Source of the DNA: Demequinaceae bacterium
GTDB lineage: Bacteria > Actinomycetota > Actinomycetes > Actinomycetales > Demequinaceae
Direction: 5' to 3'
NCBI GenBank assembly: GCA_965250005.1
Contig: OZ252279.1
Location: 660,001 to 692,000, forward strand
DNA length: 32,000 nt
Below, piece after piece: positions 19,219-27,964 of this stretch. The number at the start of each line of letters is the position of its first letter. Positions within the stretch are counted from its first letter, which is position 1. The translations under genes and the position numbers were made by a program. The notes below the pieces were generated by a model that had not been told where the DNA came from, did not search any database, and saw nothing but the letters and a program-made list of their open reading frames with translations.

Positions 19219-20553
19219 CTAGAGGACGGGGAGGAAGCGGTCGAGCTCGAACTGCGTCACCTGAGCCCGGTACTCCTCCCACTCGACGCGCTTATTTCGC
19301 AGCACAAAATCGAATACCTGCTCGCCGAGAGTCTCGGCAACTAACTCCGACTTCTCCATCACGCCTACCGCGTCGGCAAGCGACCACGGCAGCGGCTCGT
19401 AGCCCAGCGCGCGGCGCTCCGCGGCCGACAGTTCCCACACATCGTCCTCCGCGCCGTCGGGAAGCTCGTAGCCTTCCTCGATTCCCTTGAGCCCTGCCGC
19501 AAGCATGCACGCGTACGCAAGGTAGGGATTGGCGGCAGAGTCCAGCGCACGGTACTCGACGCGGGCGGACTGGCTTTTGCCGGGCTTGTGTACCGGCACG
19601 CGAACCAGCGCGGAACGGTTATTCGAGCCCCAGCAGACGTACGCCGGCGCCTCGGAACCGCCCCACAAACGCTTGTAGGAGTTCACGTACTGATTGGTGA
19701 TCGCCGTGATTTCCGGCGCGTGCTTGAGCAGGCCTGCCATGAATTGGCGCGCGACATTGCTTAGCTGGAGCTCAGTCCCCGCTTCGTAGAAGGCGTTGCG
19801 GTCGCCCTCGAAAAGGCTCATGTGAGTGTGCATGCCGGACCCCGGCGCGTCGGCGAGGGGCTTGGGCATGAACGAGGCGAAGAATCCCTGTTCGAGCGCA
19901 ACTTCTTTGATCGCAGCTCGGAATGTCATGATGTTGTCCGCGGTCGCCAGCGCGTCGGCGTAGCGCAGATCGATCTCGTTCTGGCCGGGCCCCGCTTCGT
20001 GGTGTGAGAACTCCACAGAAATGCCCATCGACTCCAGCGTCGTGATCGCGGTGCGGCGAAAATTGTGCGCCGTGCCACGCGGGACGTTGTCAAAGTAGCC
20101 CGCGTGGTCAACAGGTACCGGAGGCTTGCCTCCCTCCGGCTTCTCGAACAGGTAGAACTCAATCTCCGGGTGCGTGTAAAAACTGAAGCCCTGCTTGCTG
20201 GCCTTGTCGAGCGTGCGCTTGAGGACGTGCCGCGGATCGGACATCGCAGCCTCTCCGTCCGGGGTCTGAATATCGCAGAACATACGACCCGCGCCCTGGC
20301 GGTCACCGCGCCACGGCAGAATCTGGAAAGTGCTGGGGTCGGGCTTGGCGATCATGTCCGCCTCGTAGACGCGCGTGAGGCCTTGAATCGCGCTGCCGTC
20401 GAACCCGATGCCCTCTTCAAAGGCGTTCTCGAGTTCAGCCGGAGCGATAGCCACGGACTTGAGGATCCCAAGTACGTCCGTGAACCAGAGACGGATGAAC
20501 CGAATGTCACGCTCCTCGACGCTGCGGAGCACGTACTCCTGCTGTTTGTCCAT
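19219..20553 (-). CDS. glnA2: Glutamine synthetase, GlnA2 type
   Basis: MDKQQEYVLRSVEERDIRFIRLWFTDVLG..., GSGMHTHMSLF, FMPKPLADAPGSG; start set at ATG 20553 by comparison with the family. Confidence 0.93.
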   Translation of the reverse strand: MDKQQEYVLRSVEERDIRFIRLWFTDVLGILKSVAIAPAELENAFEEGIGFDGSAIQGLTRVYEADMIAKPDPSTFQILPWRGDRQGAGRMFCDIQTPDGEAAMSDPRHVLKRTLDKASKQGFSFYTHPEIEFYLFEKPEGGKPPVPVDHAGYFDNVPRGTAHNFRRTAITTLESMGISVEFSHHEAGPGQNEIDLRYADALATADNIMTFRAAIKEVALEQGFFASFMPKPLADAPGSGMHTHMSLFEGDRNAFYEAGTELQLSNVARQFMAGLLKHAPEITAITNQYVNSYKRLWGGSEAPAYVCWGSNNRSALVRVPVHKPGKSQSARVEYRALDSAANPYLAYACMLAAGLKGIEEGYELPDGAEDDVWELSAAERRALGYEPLPWSLADAVGVMEKSELVAETLGEQVFDFVLRNKRVEWEEYRAQVTQFELDRFLPVL

Positions 20554-20737
20554 GACTCCATCCTGCCCTACCAAGATGTCGATTGTGTGACATTAGCCTG
20601 GCAGAAGGTTCGGCACGGAAACGGCGACGCGCATGTTCTGGAGCACGAAGAGGATTCCTGGGTTGTCCGGCCGGGATGCCGTGGTCGTGGGACCGAAGCG
20701 GCGCTCGCAACGCCGCGCCCACTTGTAGGCTCGGATC

Positions 20738-22381
20738 ATGCCAGGACTAAGAATTGCGCTAGCCCAGATCAACACGTGCGTGGGCGACATCGACGGCAAC
20801 GCCGCGCTCATTATGGATCAGTGCCGTGCCGCCGACGCGGCTGGCGCGCAGCTGGTCGCGTTCCCGGAGATGACCACCACCGGCTACCCCATCGAGGACC
20901 TTGCCCTGCGCGAGTCCTTCCAGCGCGCCGCAGAGCGCTCCGTTCAAACCATCGCCAAGACGCTGGATGAGGCGGGCATGGGCGCCATCACCGTGATCCT
21001 CGGCACCCTGGGCGTCGACCACGACGGCAACCCGCTCAACGAGGCCGTCGTGATCGAGCACGGGAAGGTGCAGGCGCGATACACCAAGCACCACCTGCCC
21101 AACTACGGGGTATTCGACGAGCGCCGCATCTTCGCCTCTGGCGATCAAGCGTGCGTGGTCGAGGCCGGGAACACGCGCGTCGGCGTCGTCATCTGTGAGG
21201 ACATCTGGCAGGACGGCGGACCACTGACGGTTCTGAGCGACCACGACATTCAGCTCATGGTGGTCCTCAACGGATCGCCGTTCGAGGAAGGCAAGGGGCA
21301 CATTCGCCGGGACTATGCGATCCAGCGCGCGCGCGAGGTCGAGGCGCCCGTCGCATACGTGAACATGTGGGGCGGCCAGGACGACCTTGTTTTCGACGGT
21401 CAAAGCTTCATCGTGGGCGCCGACGGTCGCCTCGTGGCCTCCGCCCCCGCGTTCACGGACGCCCTGCTGGTCTGGGACGTCCCCGGCGACCACGAGGCTC
21501 CGGCCAAAACCCAATTAGTGGACCAGCTCGAGAGCGACGCGCAGGTGTACTGGGCGTGCGTCACCGGCCTGCGCGACTACGTCCACAAGAACGGCATGAG
21601 TTCGGTGGCGCTCGGCATGTCCGGGGGCATCGACTCCGCGCTCGTAGCTGCGATCGCGGCCGACGCGCTCGGCGGCGAAAACGTCATCGGGGTCTCCATG
21701 CCCTCGCGATACTCGAGCGACCACTCCAAGGACGACGCCGAGGTGCTGGCCGGCAACATCGGCGCTCACTATCGGGTGCAGGCAATCGAGCCCATGGTGA
21801 AGGCGTTCGAGGATGAGCTAGGGCTGACTGGCGTGCCCGCGGAGAACATCCAAGCGCGCGTTCGCGGCATGATCCTCATGGGCATCTCGAATTCGGAGGG
21901 CCCGCTGGTTCTCGCCACCGGCAACAAGAGCGAGTTGGCTACGGGCTACTCCACCATGTACGGCGACGCCGCTGGCGGGTTCGCGCCCATCAAGGATCTC
22001 GACAAGACCCGCGTGTGGGACCTCTCTCGCTGGCGCAACGCGTACGCGGAGTCGCGCGGTGAGACCCCTCCAATCCCGGTCAATAGCATAGAGAAGCCGC
22101 CGTCGGCCGAACTGCGTCCCGACCAGGTGGACCAGGACTCGCTGCCCGCGTACGAGCTGCTGGACGAGGTGCTTGACGCCTACGTCGAGCACGCGGAGGG
22201 GCGTGCGGAGCTACTGGCCCGCGGATTCGACGAGGCCGTGGTCGACAAGGTCCTCAGCCTGGTGGACCGCGCCGAGTGGAAGCGTCGGCAGTATCCGCCA
22301 GGAACCAAGGTGACGGCGCTCGCGTTCGGGCGTGACCGTAGACTTCCCATTACCAGCCGTTGGCTAGAGAACCGGGAGTGA
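20738..22381 (+). CDS. nadE: NAD+ synthase, glutamine-hydrolysing (nitrilase + synthetase domains)
   Basis: LRIALAQINTCVGDIDGN, VICEDIWQDGG, ALGMSGGIDSALVAAIAADALG, LATGNKSELATGYSTMYGD. Confidence 0.95.
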   Translation: MPGLRIALAQINTCVGDIDGNAALIMDQCRAADAAGAQLVAFPEMTTTGYPIEDLALRESFQRAAERSVQTIAKTLDEAGMGAITVILGTLGVDHDGNPLNEAVVIEHGKVQARYTKHHLPNYGVFDERRIFASGDQACVVEAGNTRVGVVICEDIWQDGGPLTVLSDHDIQLMVVLNGSPFEEGKGHIRRDYAIQRAREVEAPVAYVNMWGGQDDLVFDGQSFIVGADGRLVASAPAFTDALLVWDVPGDHEAPAKTQLVDQLESDAQVYWACVTGLRDYVHKNGMSSVALGMSGGIDSALVAAIAADALGGENVIGVSMPSRYSSDHSKDDAEVLAGNIGAHYRVQAIEPMVKAFEDELGLTGVPAENIQARVRGMILMGISNSEGPLVLATGNKSELATGYSTMYGDAAGGFAPIKDLDKTRVWDLSRWRNAYAESRGETPPIPVNSIEKPPSAELRPDQVDQDSLPAYELLDEVLDAYVEHAEGRAELLARGFDEAVVDKVLSLVDRAEWKRRQYPPGTKVTALAFGRDRRLPITSRWLENRE

Positions 22382-22382
22382 C

Positions 22383-23192
22383 ATGAGCGACCGCAAACGC
22401 GTCCGCATCCATCACCTGCGCGACATGAAGGAGCGCGGTGAGAAGATCACCATGCTCACCGCCTACGACATGACAACCGCACGCATCTTCGACGACGCTG
22501 GCGTTGACGTACTGCTGGTGGGCGACTCGCTTGGCGACAACATCCTCGGGCACGCCAACACTGCGGCCGTGACTCTTGACGAGATGATCCCGTTCGTTCG
22601 CGCGGTCTCCCGAGGTGCATCCAAGGCGTTTGTCATCGCCGACCTCCCTTTTGGCACGTACGAGGTGTCGGCCGAGCAAGCGGTCGAGTCCGCGATCCGC
22701 GTGATGAAGCTCGGCCAGCCGAATGCCGTGAAATTCGAGGGCGGGCGTCGTGTCGCGGCGCAGGCCGCTGCCGTGGTCGCTGCGGGGATCCCGTTCGTGG
22801 GCCATCTGGGCTTCACTCCGCAATCGGAGAACGCCATCGGCGGGCGCCGCGTTCAAGGGCGCGGAGACGGCGCCTACGAGGTGCTACTCGCGGACGCGCT
22901 CGCGCTCCAGGAGGCCGGCGCCTGCATGATCGTCTTCGAAATGGTGACCGAGCCCGTCGCCACCAAGCTGACCGAGGCGCTCGAGGTGCCGACCATCGGC
23001 ATTGGCGCAGGGCCGCACACCGACGGCCAAGTGCTGGTGTGGCTGGACGCGCTCGGCATGGGCGACTGGTCCCCGAGCTTTGCCAAGCACTTTGGCGAGA
23101 TTGGCGCCGCGATGAAGAAGGCGGCAAGCGACTACGTTTCCGAGGTCAAGGACGGCTCGTTCCCTGACGAGGGACACTTCTTCAAAGAATGA
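22383..23192 (+). CDS. panB: 3-methyl-2-oxobutanoate hydroxymethyltransferase
   Basis: ITMLTAYDMTTARIFDDAGVDVLLVGDSLG, FVGHLGFTPQS, IGIGAGPHTDGQVLVWLDALG. Confidence 0.95.
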   Translation: MSDRKRVRIHHLRDMKERGEKITMLTAYDMTTARIFDDAGVDVLLVGDSLGDNILGHANTAAVTLDEMIPFVRAVSRGASKAFVIADLPFGTYEVSAEQAVESAIRVMKLGQPNAVKFEGGRRVAAQAAAVVAAGIPFVGHLGFTPQSENAIGGRRVQGRGDGAYEVLLADALALQEAGACMIVFEMVTEPVATKLTEALEVPTIGIGAGPHTDGQVLVWLDALGMGDWSPSFAKHFGEIGAAMKKAASDYVSEVKDGSFPDEGHFFKE

Positions 23193-23623
23193 GCGGACCA
23201 CGATGGGACCACCGGCGACCCAATCGTGCGGCTTGGTCGCTGGTCGGAGCCGTGCTGTCGACTACGTATCTACTCGCAATATACGCACTCCCCCTGTGGT
23301 GGTTCCTTGCGGGCTGGCGCGCGGCAACTAGCCCCGAATCGGCTGCGGCACACGTGGCCTTGGCGCTGGCCTGGGCGCTCGTCGGCGCCCTGGGAATCGC
23401 GTCCACCTGGTCGCGCGGCGCGCGCTCGGCGCGCTCGGTGCTGACGCGCGTTGGCATCGCGGTGATGACTATCGCCTCCGCCGTCGCTGTTGCCCAGGAG
23501 GGGGTTCCCTACGTGGGCTGGGTGTGGCTGATGGCGTTGTGGTCAACATTCGTCGCCGTGTTCGGGATAGGCGAATGGGTTACCGCGCGGAGGCACGCCG
23601 CGACAACACAAGTGCTCAACTAG
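23189..23623 (+). CDS. Small integral membrane protein, unknown
   Basis: 144 aa, ATGA overlap with panB, four hydrophobic segments. Confidence 0.7.
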   Translation: MSGPRWDHRRPNRAAWSLVGAVLSTTYLLAIYALPLWWFLAGWRAATSPESAAAHVALALAWALVGALGIASTWSRGARSARSVLTRVGIAVMTIASAVAVAQEGVPYVGWVWLMALWSTFVAVFGIGEWVTARRHAATTQVLN

Positions 23624-23638
23624 GCGCAACGCCCGCGG

Positions 23639-24229
23639 CTAGTTGACGAGCAGCGTCAGCGTAGGCTGATTGCCGGGCTTCCACTTCATCGAGCAGCCCG
23701 CAGACGGGATGGGCGTGCCTGGCACAGGCTCCCCCGCGATTACGAGGTCCGCCGCTGCGCGAAGGTCGCGACCTGTCGGCCTCTCATTGTTCTTGGGGCG
23801 CGAGCCGTCGAATTGCCCATGATAAGCGAGGCCGCCCGTCGAGTCGTAGAGAAACAGATCGGGGGTGCACGCCGCGTTGTACGCCTTGGCGACCGCCTGG
23901 TCCTCATCAAAAAGGTATGGGAACGCGAAGCCCGCGCGCGTGGCCTGTTCGACCATGCCTTCGGGTCCGTCCTCGGGGTGGTCCGTCAGCTCATTGGATG
24001 AGATCGCGACCACGGCAAGTCCGCGGTCCGCGTACTCCGCGGCGAACCCAGCGAACGCCTCTTCCATGTTCTTCACGTATGGGCAGTGATTGCAGAGGAA
24101 CGCGACCACCAAAGCGAAGGCATCAGTCGCTACGTCGGCAAGCGAAACCGGCCCAGCCCCATCGGCGCGGGGAAGCGTGAAATCGGGAGCCGGCGTTCCG
24201 ATGGCGATAGCGTTTGCGTTGATTGGCAT
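23639..24229 (-). CDS. Thioredoxin-family / redoxin protein
   Basis: AIGTPAPDFTLPRADGAGPVSLADVA...VVAFLCNHCPYVKNMEEAFAGFAAEYADRGL. Confidence 0.88.
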   Translation of the reverse strand: MPINANAIAIGTPAPDFTLPRADGAGPVSLADVATDAFALVVAFLCNHCPYVKNMEEAFAGFAAEYADRGLAVVAISSNELTDHPEDGPEGMVEQATRAGFAFPYLFDEDQAVAKAYNAACTPDLFLYDSTGGLAYHGQFDGSRPKNNERPTGRDLRAAADLVIAGEPVPGTPIPSAGCSMKWKPGNQPTLTLLVN

Positions 24230-24252
24230 GGCTCCAGTATGCGGGCGAGGAG

Positions 24253-24453
24253 CTAGGACCCGTTCCAGGCAGCGTCGTCCTCATCCCAGCCAGCATTGCG
24301 TTCCTTCGCAATCGCAAGCGCTCTTGATGCCTCAGCCACGGTCTCGTAAGGGCCCATGATGTCTTCCCACGGGCTGAGCCGACCGTGCTCGACCATCTTG
24401 GTGCGTGTGTTGTAGAAGTACTCGCCCTCTGCTGCGCCGTCAGTCGTCATCAA
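24253..24453 (-). CDS. Small SPOR-domain-like protein
   Basis: 66 aa EYFYNTRTKMVEHGRLSPWEDIMGPYETVAEASRALAIAKERNAGWDEDDAAW; GGAGG RBS. Confidence 0.7.
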   Translation of the reverse strand: MMTTDGAAEGEYFYNTRTKMVEHGRLSPWEDIMGPYETVAEASRALAIAKERNAGWDEDDAAWNGS

Positions 24454-24480
24454 TTCGCCTCCACTTCTAGAGTGGCACGG

Positions 24481-24507
24481 GCGCGCACATTGCGCGAGAG
24501 TGCGCGC
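24481..24507 (-). terminator. Candidate terminator hairpin of the ROK regulator gene
   Basis: gcgcgcac-N11-gtgcgcgc perfect 8-bp inverted repeat immediately 3' of the CDS; no clear U-tract. Confidence 0.45.
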
Positions 24508-25725
24508 CTAGGAGTCGGGTGGACCGGCAACTTTGGCGGGGTCAGTCAAGAGCGGCGCGAACGCCAATTCAGCCGCGCCGACAATCGCCAACCGCGACCG
24601 TAGTTTGCCGCGCTCGATGACGACCCCTGACGCGAGCTCACTAAACGATGACGCCTTCACGCGCTTGTCGAGGCGCTCAGGCATCTTCTCGAACAGCGAA
24701 CCCAGAAAGCCTCCAAGCACCACGGCCGCGGGGTTGAACACGGAGATGAGGCTCGCGACGGCCGAGGCGAGCACATTAACCTGCCGACTAATCTCCTCCA
24801 GTAACACTGAGTCTTCTGTCTCCAGAAGAATCACATCGAGCTCCTCGAGGTCAATGGTGTCGCGGCCCAGCACCGCGAGCAGCCGAGGAACGTTCACTTC
24901 GGTCTCGAGGCAGCCGATCTTTCCGCACTCGCACGTTAGCCCATCGGACGCAACCAAGGTGTGGCCAAACTCGCCTGCGTAACCGCGTGCACCGTATAGG
25001 GGCCTGCCTCCGACTATTGCCCCTCCGCCTATCCCGCTGGTGGACCCATTGAGGTACACGAGGTCGTTGACACCCCTGCCCGCGCCAAACAGCTTTTCCG
25101 CGACAACTCCGAGCGTGGCGTCGTTGCCCGCAACCGCTGGAAAGCCCAGCGCCGCGGAGATCTCGGCAGCAATCGGCTCTTCGCTCCATTCCAAGTGCGG
25201 CGCGCGCGTCACAGTATTGTCGGAGCGTTTCACCAGACCCGGCACCGCTACTCCAGCACCAACCACGGTGAACACGGACTCAAGCTCGCTTCGCATGCCG
25301 TCCACCACGGCTTTGACGATATTCACCGTCTCGCGCACGGTCGGGATGCCGTCCGTCTCGTATCGCACGCGCTTGTGGACAACGCCACCGAGTCCCACGA
25401 GGCCGATGACAACCGCGTCGAGGTCCGGGTTGATCGCGAGTGCGACCACATTCGAATTGGGGGTGACGATGGGGCTCGGTCGGCCGACGTTGGTCCGCTC
25501 GGTCGCCGCCTCCTCGGTCGCGAGGCCGAGGCTGACGAGTTCCGCAGCGAGGGCTCCCACGGTCGAGCGGTTCAGCCTGGTTCGCTTGGTCAACTCTGCG
25601 CGGGACATCGCGCCATCGTGGTGAAGCATGGTCATCACGGTCGAGAGATTGCGTCGGCGCGCCTGGTCGTTCTTGTCGCCAACACCAGCGGACAGCGCGC
25701 GGGCGGGTTTGGTGCCTGGTGTCAC
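24508..25725 (-). CDS. ROK-family transcriptional regulator; XylR assignment inferred from adjacent xylA remnant
   Basis: N-terminal winged HTH (LTKRTRLNRSTVGALAAELVSLGL), ROK ATPase-like domain, GEFGHT and CECGKIGCLE zinc motif. GTG 25725 has AAAGGA upstream and is preferred to the TTG at 25746. Confidence 0.9.
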   Translation of the reverse strand: MTPGTKPARALSAGVGDKNDQARRRNLSTVMTMLHHDGAMSRAELTKRTRLNRSTVGALAAELVSLGLATEEAATERTNVGRPSPIVTPNSNVVALAINPDLDAVVIGLVGLGGVVHKRVRYETDGIPTVRETVNIVKAVVDGMRSELESVFTVVGAGVAVPGLVKRSDNTVTRAPHLEWSEEPIAAEISAALGFPAVAGNDATLGVVAEKLFGAGRGVNDLVYLNGSTSGIGGGAIVGGRPLYGARGYAGEFGHTLVASDGLTCECGKIGCLETEVNVPRLLAVLGRDTIDLEELDVILLETEDSVLLEEISRQVNVLASAVASLISVFNPAAVVLGGFLGSLFEKMPERLDKRVKASSFSELASGVVIERGKLRSRLAIVGAAELAFAPLLTDPAKVAGPPDS

Positions 25726-25979
25726 GCTGTATCCTTTCGTGGGCAACCATTTGTTCCTGCGCCAAACTTAAGATTCTGTGTCGCTGCCATACGCCAAGGG
25801 GCACAGGAATTGACAAGGCTATCCGGTCACTCTACACCGGATTTCGCTCATTTCGAAAAATGCGCCACTCCGGACATCTGGGTCATTCCAGGAGCATTCT
25901 GGCGATTAACAACGCGAAGTTCAGGGCTTATGTTGTGCACCGCAACTATTTATTGGCGAAGCCGAATCGGAGCACGACC

Positions 25980-26201
25980 ATGCCCCCTACCCCCACAGGT
26001 GCCGACAAGTTCACGTTTGGTCTCTGGACGATCGGATGGGCCGCTCAAGACCCGTTCAGTGCCGCAGCGCAGGCAACGTGGACTCTCATCTGTTCTCGGC
26101 CTTCGTGGGAAGTTGTGTCGGTCGCGAAACTCGCGTCCGATACGCACTCCGTGATCCGCGAGCAGTATTCACGCCATTCTGGCTCGCGCCACGTGGGTTA
26201 G
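25980..26201 (+). pseudogene. Xylose isomerase N-terminal remnant fused to unrelated sequence
   Basis: MPPTPTGADKFTFGLWTIGWAAQDPFSAA aligns by eye to actinobacterial XylA N-termini ([25 protein letters not shown]); homology stops near codon 27-30 and the ORF ends at codon 73. GGAG upstream of ATG. Confidence 0.72.
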
Positions 26202-26239
26202 GTGCGGCGCGCGCGTTCGTTCGTTCTCGCGCGCCGCAC
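26202..26239. terminator. 12-bp perfect GC-rich hairpin, candidate terminator
   Basis: gtgcggcgcgcg-N14-cgcgcgccgcac; begins directly after the stop of the xylA-remnant ORF and precedes map. Confidence 0.55.
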
Positions 26240-26276
26240 ATTCACGTTTCTCGGGGTGCTCTCCTAGACTGAACCC

Positions 26277-27158
26277 ATGACACCCAGTCGCGATTCTATC
26301 GAAAAGGGCGAGGTCTCGGCCATCCGCGAGGTCCCGTCAAACATTGAACGGCCCCTGTATGTGGGCAAGAAGCGAGCCGCCTCGTGGAGGGGCGGGGACG
26401 TCCACGACGCCGAGACCATCGAGAAGATCGCGATCAGCGCCAAGATTGCCGCGCAAGCTCTCGCTGAGGTCTCTAAACACGTGGTCCCCGGCGTGACCAC
26501 TGACGAGCTCGACCGGATCGGCCACGAGTTTGTGCTCGACAATGGCGCGTACCCCTCAACCTTGGGCTACCCCGGCGGATCCGGGCGCAAGCCGTTCCCC
26601 AAATCGCTGTGCACCTCGGTTAACGAGGTCATCTGCCACGGCATACCCGACTCAACGGTCATCGAGGCTGGGGACCTCGTCAAGGTAGACATCACCGCAT
26701 ACAAAAACGGCATGCACGGAGACAACTGCGGCAGCGTCATCGCAGGCGAAGGCGCCCCGGACATCGCCGCACTAGTAGAGGCCACTCGGGAGGCCCTCGC
26801 GCGCGGCATTGCCGCCGTGAAGCCTGGCCGCGAGATCAACGTGATCGGCCGCGTGATCGAGAAGTACGCGACGCGGCACGGGTACCAGTCAGTCGAGAGC
26901 TACACCGGCCACGGCGTCGGCCCAGCCTTCCACACGGGCCTCGTGGTGCCCCACTTCGACTCCGCGCCGGACCACGACGACATCATCGAGCCCGGAATGG
27001 TGTTCACCATCGAACCCATGCTCTGCCAGGGCAGCGAAGACAACTTCGAGTGGGGCGACGATTGGACTGTGGCGACGCGCGACGGCTCGTGGTGCGCGCA
27101 GTTTGAGCACACCCTGGTGGTACGCGATTCCGGCGCGGAGGTGCTGACGCTCCCATGA
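26277..27158 (+). CDS. map: Methionine aminopeptidase type I
   Basis: NEVICHGIPD, VKVDITAYKNGMHGDNCGS, YTGHGVGPAFH, EPGMVFTIEPML, FEHTLVV. Confidence 0.95.
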   Translation: MTPSRDSIEKGEVSAIREVPSNIERPLYVGKKRAASWRGGDVHDAETIEKIAISAKIAAQALAEVSKHVVPGVTTDELDRIGHEFVLDNGAYPSTLGYPGGSGRKPFPKSLCTSVNEVICHGIPDSTVIEAGDLVKVDITAYKNGMHGDNCGSVIAGEGAPDIAALVEATREALARGIAAVKPGREINVIGRVIEKYATRHGYQSVESYTGHGVGPAFHTGLVVPHFDSAPDHDDIIEPGMVFTIEPMLCQGSEDNFEWGDDWTVATRDGSWCAQFEHTLVVRDSGAEVLTLP

Positions 27159-27964
27159 CCAACATTGCGCTTGGCGTAGACATCGGCGGCACGGGAATCA
27201 AGACTGCTCCCGTAGACCTCGATACGGGAAAGTTCACACAAGACCGCAAGCGCGTTCTCACCCCAAGGCCCGCGACGGTAACCTCCGTCGCCAAGGCGGT
27301 GGCCGCCAGCATCAAGGCGTTCGACCCGGACAAGAGTGTCCCGATCGGCGTCGCGTTTCCGGGCGTCGTCCAGCACGGTGTGGTTCAGACCGCCGTAAAC
27401 CTCGAGCAAGAGTGGATCGGCACCAATCTCGAGGATGTCATCAAAGAACACTCAGGCCACGACGTTCACGCAATGAATGACGCAGACGCCGCTGGAAATG
27501 GCGAGTTCCTCTACGGCGCCGCCCACGGCCAGGACGGAGTGATCCTGTTGGTCACTTTGGGTACGGGAATTGGCACCGCACTGATTGCCGACGGCAACCT
27601 GGTAGCGAACACCGAACTCGGCCAAGTCTCCATCGACGGAATACCAGCCGAGGAATACGCCGCCGAATCGGCGCGCGACCGCCACGGGCTGGATTGGGAC
27701 GGCTGGATCCCCCACCTGCAGCGCTACTTTTCGGAAATGGAATGGCTGCTGTGGCCCGACCTCATTATTGTTGGCGGGGGTGTGTCAGCACAGGCGCACA
27801 TGTTCTTGCCAAGGCTCAAACTGCGCGCGCCCATCGTTGCAGCGGATTTGCTGAATGGCGCGGGAATCGTCGGAGCCGCCGCGCTTGCGGCTTCGATCGA
27901 GAGGCGCGCACCGAAGGACGCCGCCGCCGCGAAAAAGCAGTCCAAGAAGAAGCGCAGAAAGTAG
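27155..27964 (+). CDS. ppgK: Polyphosphate glucokinase-like ROK kinase
   Basis: ALGVDIGGTGIKTAPVD, NDADAAGNGEF, VTLGTGIGTALIADG; ATGA overlap with map. Confidence 0.88.
   Translation: MTNIALGVDIGGTGIKTAPVDLDTGKFTQDRKRVLTPRPATVTSVAKAVAASIKAFDPDKSVPIGVAFPGVVQHGVVQTAVNLEQEWIGTNLEDVIKEHSGHDVHAMNDADAAGNGEFLYGAAHGQDGVILLVTLGTGIGTALIADGNLVANTELGQVSIDGIPAEEYAAESARDRHGLDWDGWIPHLQRYFSEMEWLLWPDLIIVGGGVSAQAHMFLPRLKLRAPIVAADLLNGAGIVGAAALAASIERRAPKDAAAAKKQSKKKRRK

Noticed and set aside
20574-20640. Possible GlnR site upstream of glnA2 (minus strand GTCAC-acaatc-GACAT)
   Set aside because: Only one half-site fits and there is no second pair at the right phasing, unlike the glnA box.
20759-21514. 251-aa antisense ORF over nadE (and 20065..20970 over the glnA2/nadE boundary)
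   Set aside because: Shadow ORFs opposite conserved coding sequence; no RBS or domain support.
25195-26154. 319-aa plus-strand ORF antisense to the ROK gene and crossing the divergent intergenic region
   Set aside because: Overlaps a well-supported ROK regulator; its tail reads the xylA remnant in a different frame, so it is not a real protein.
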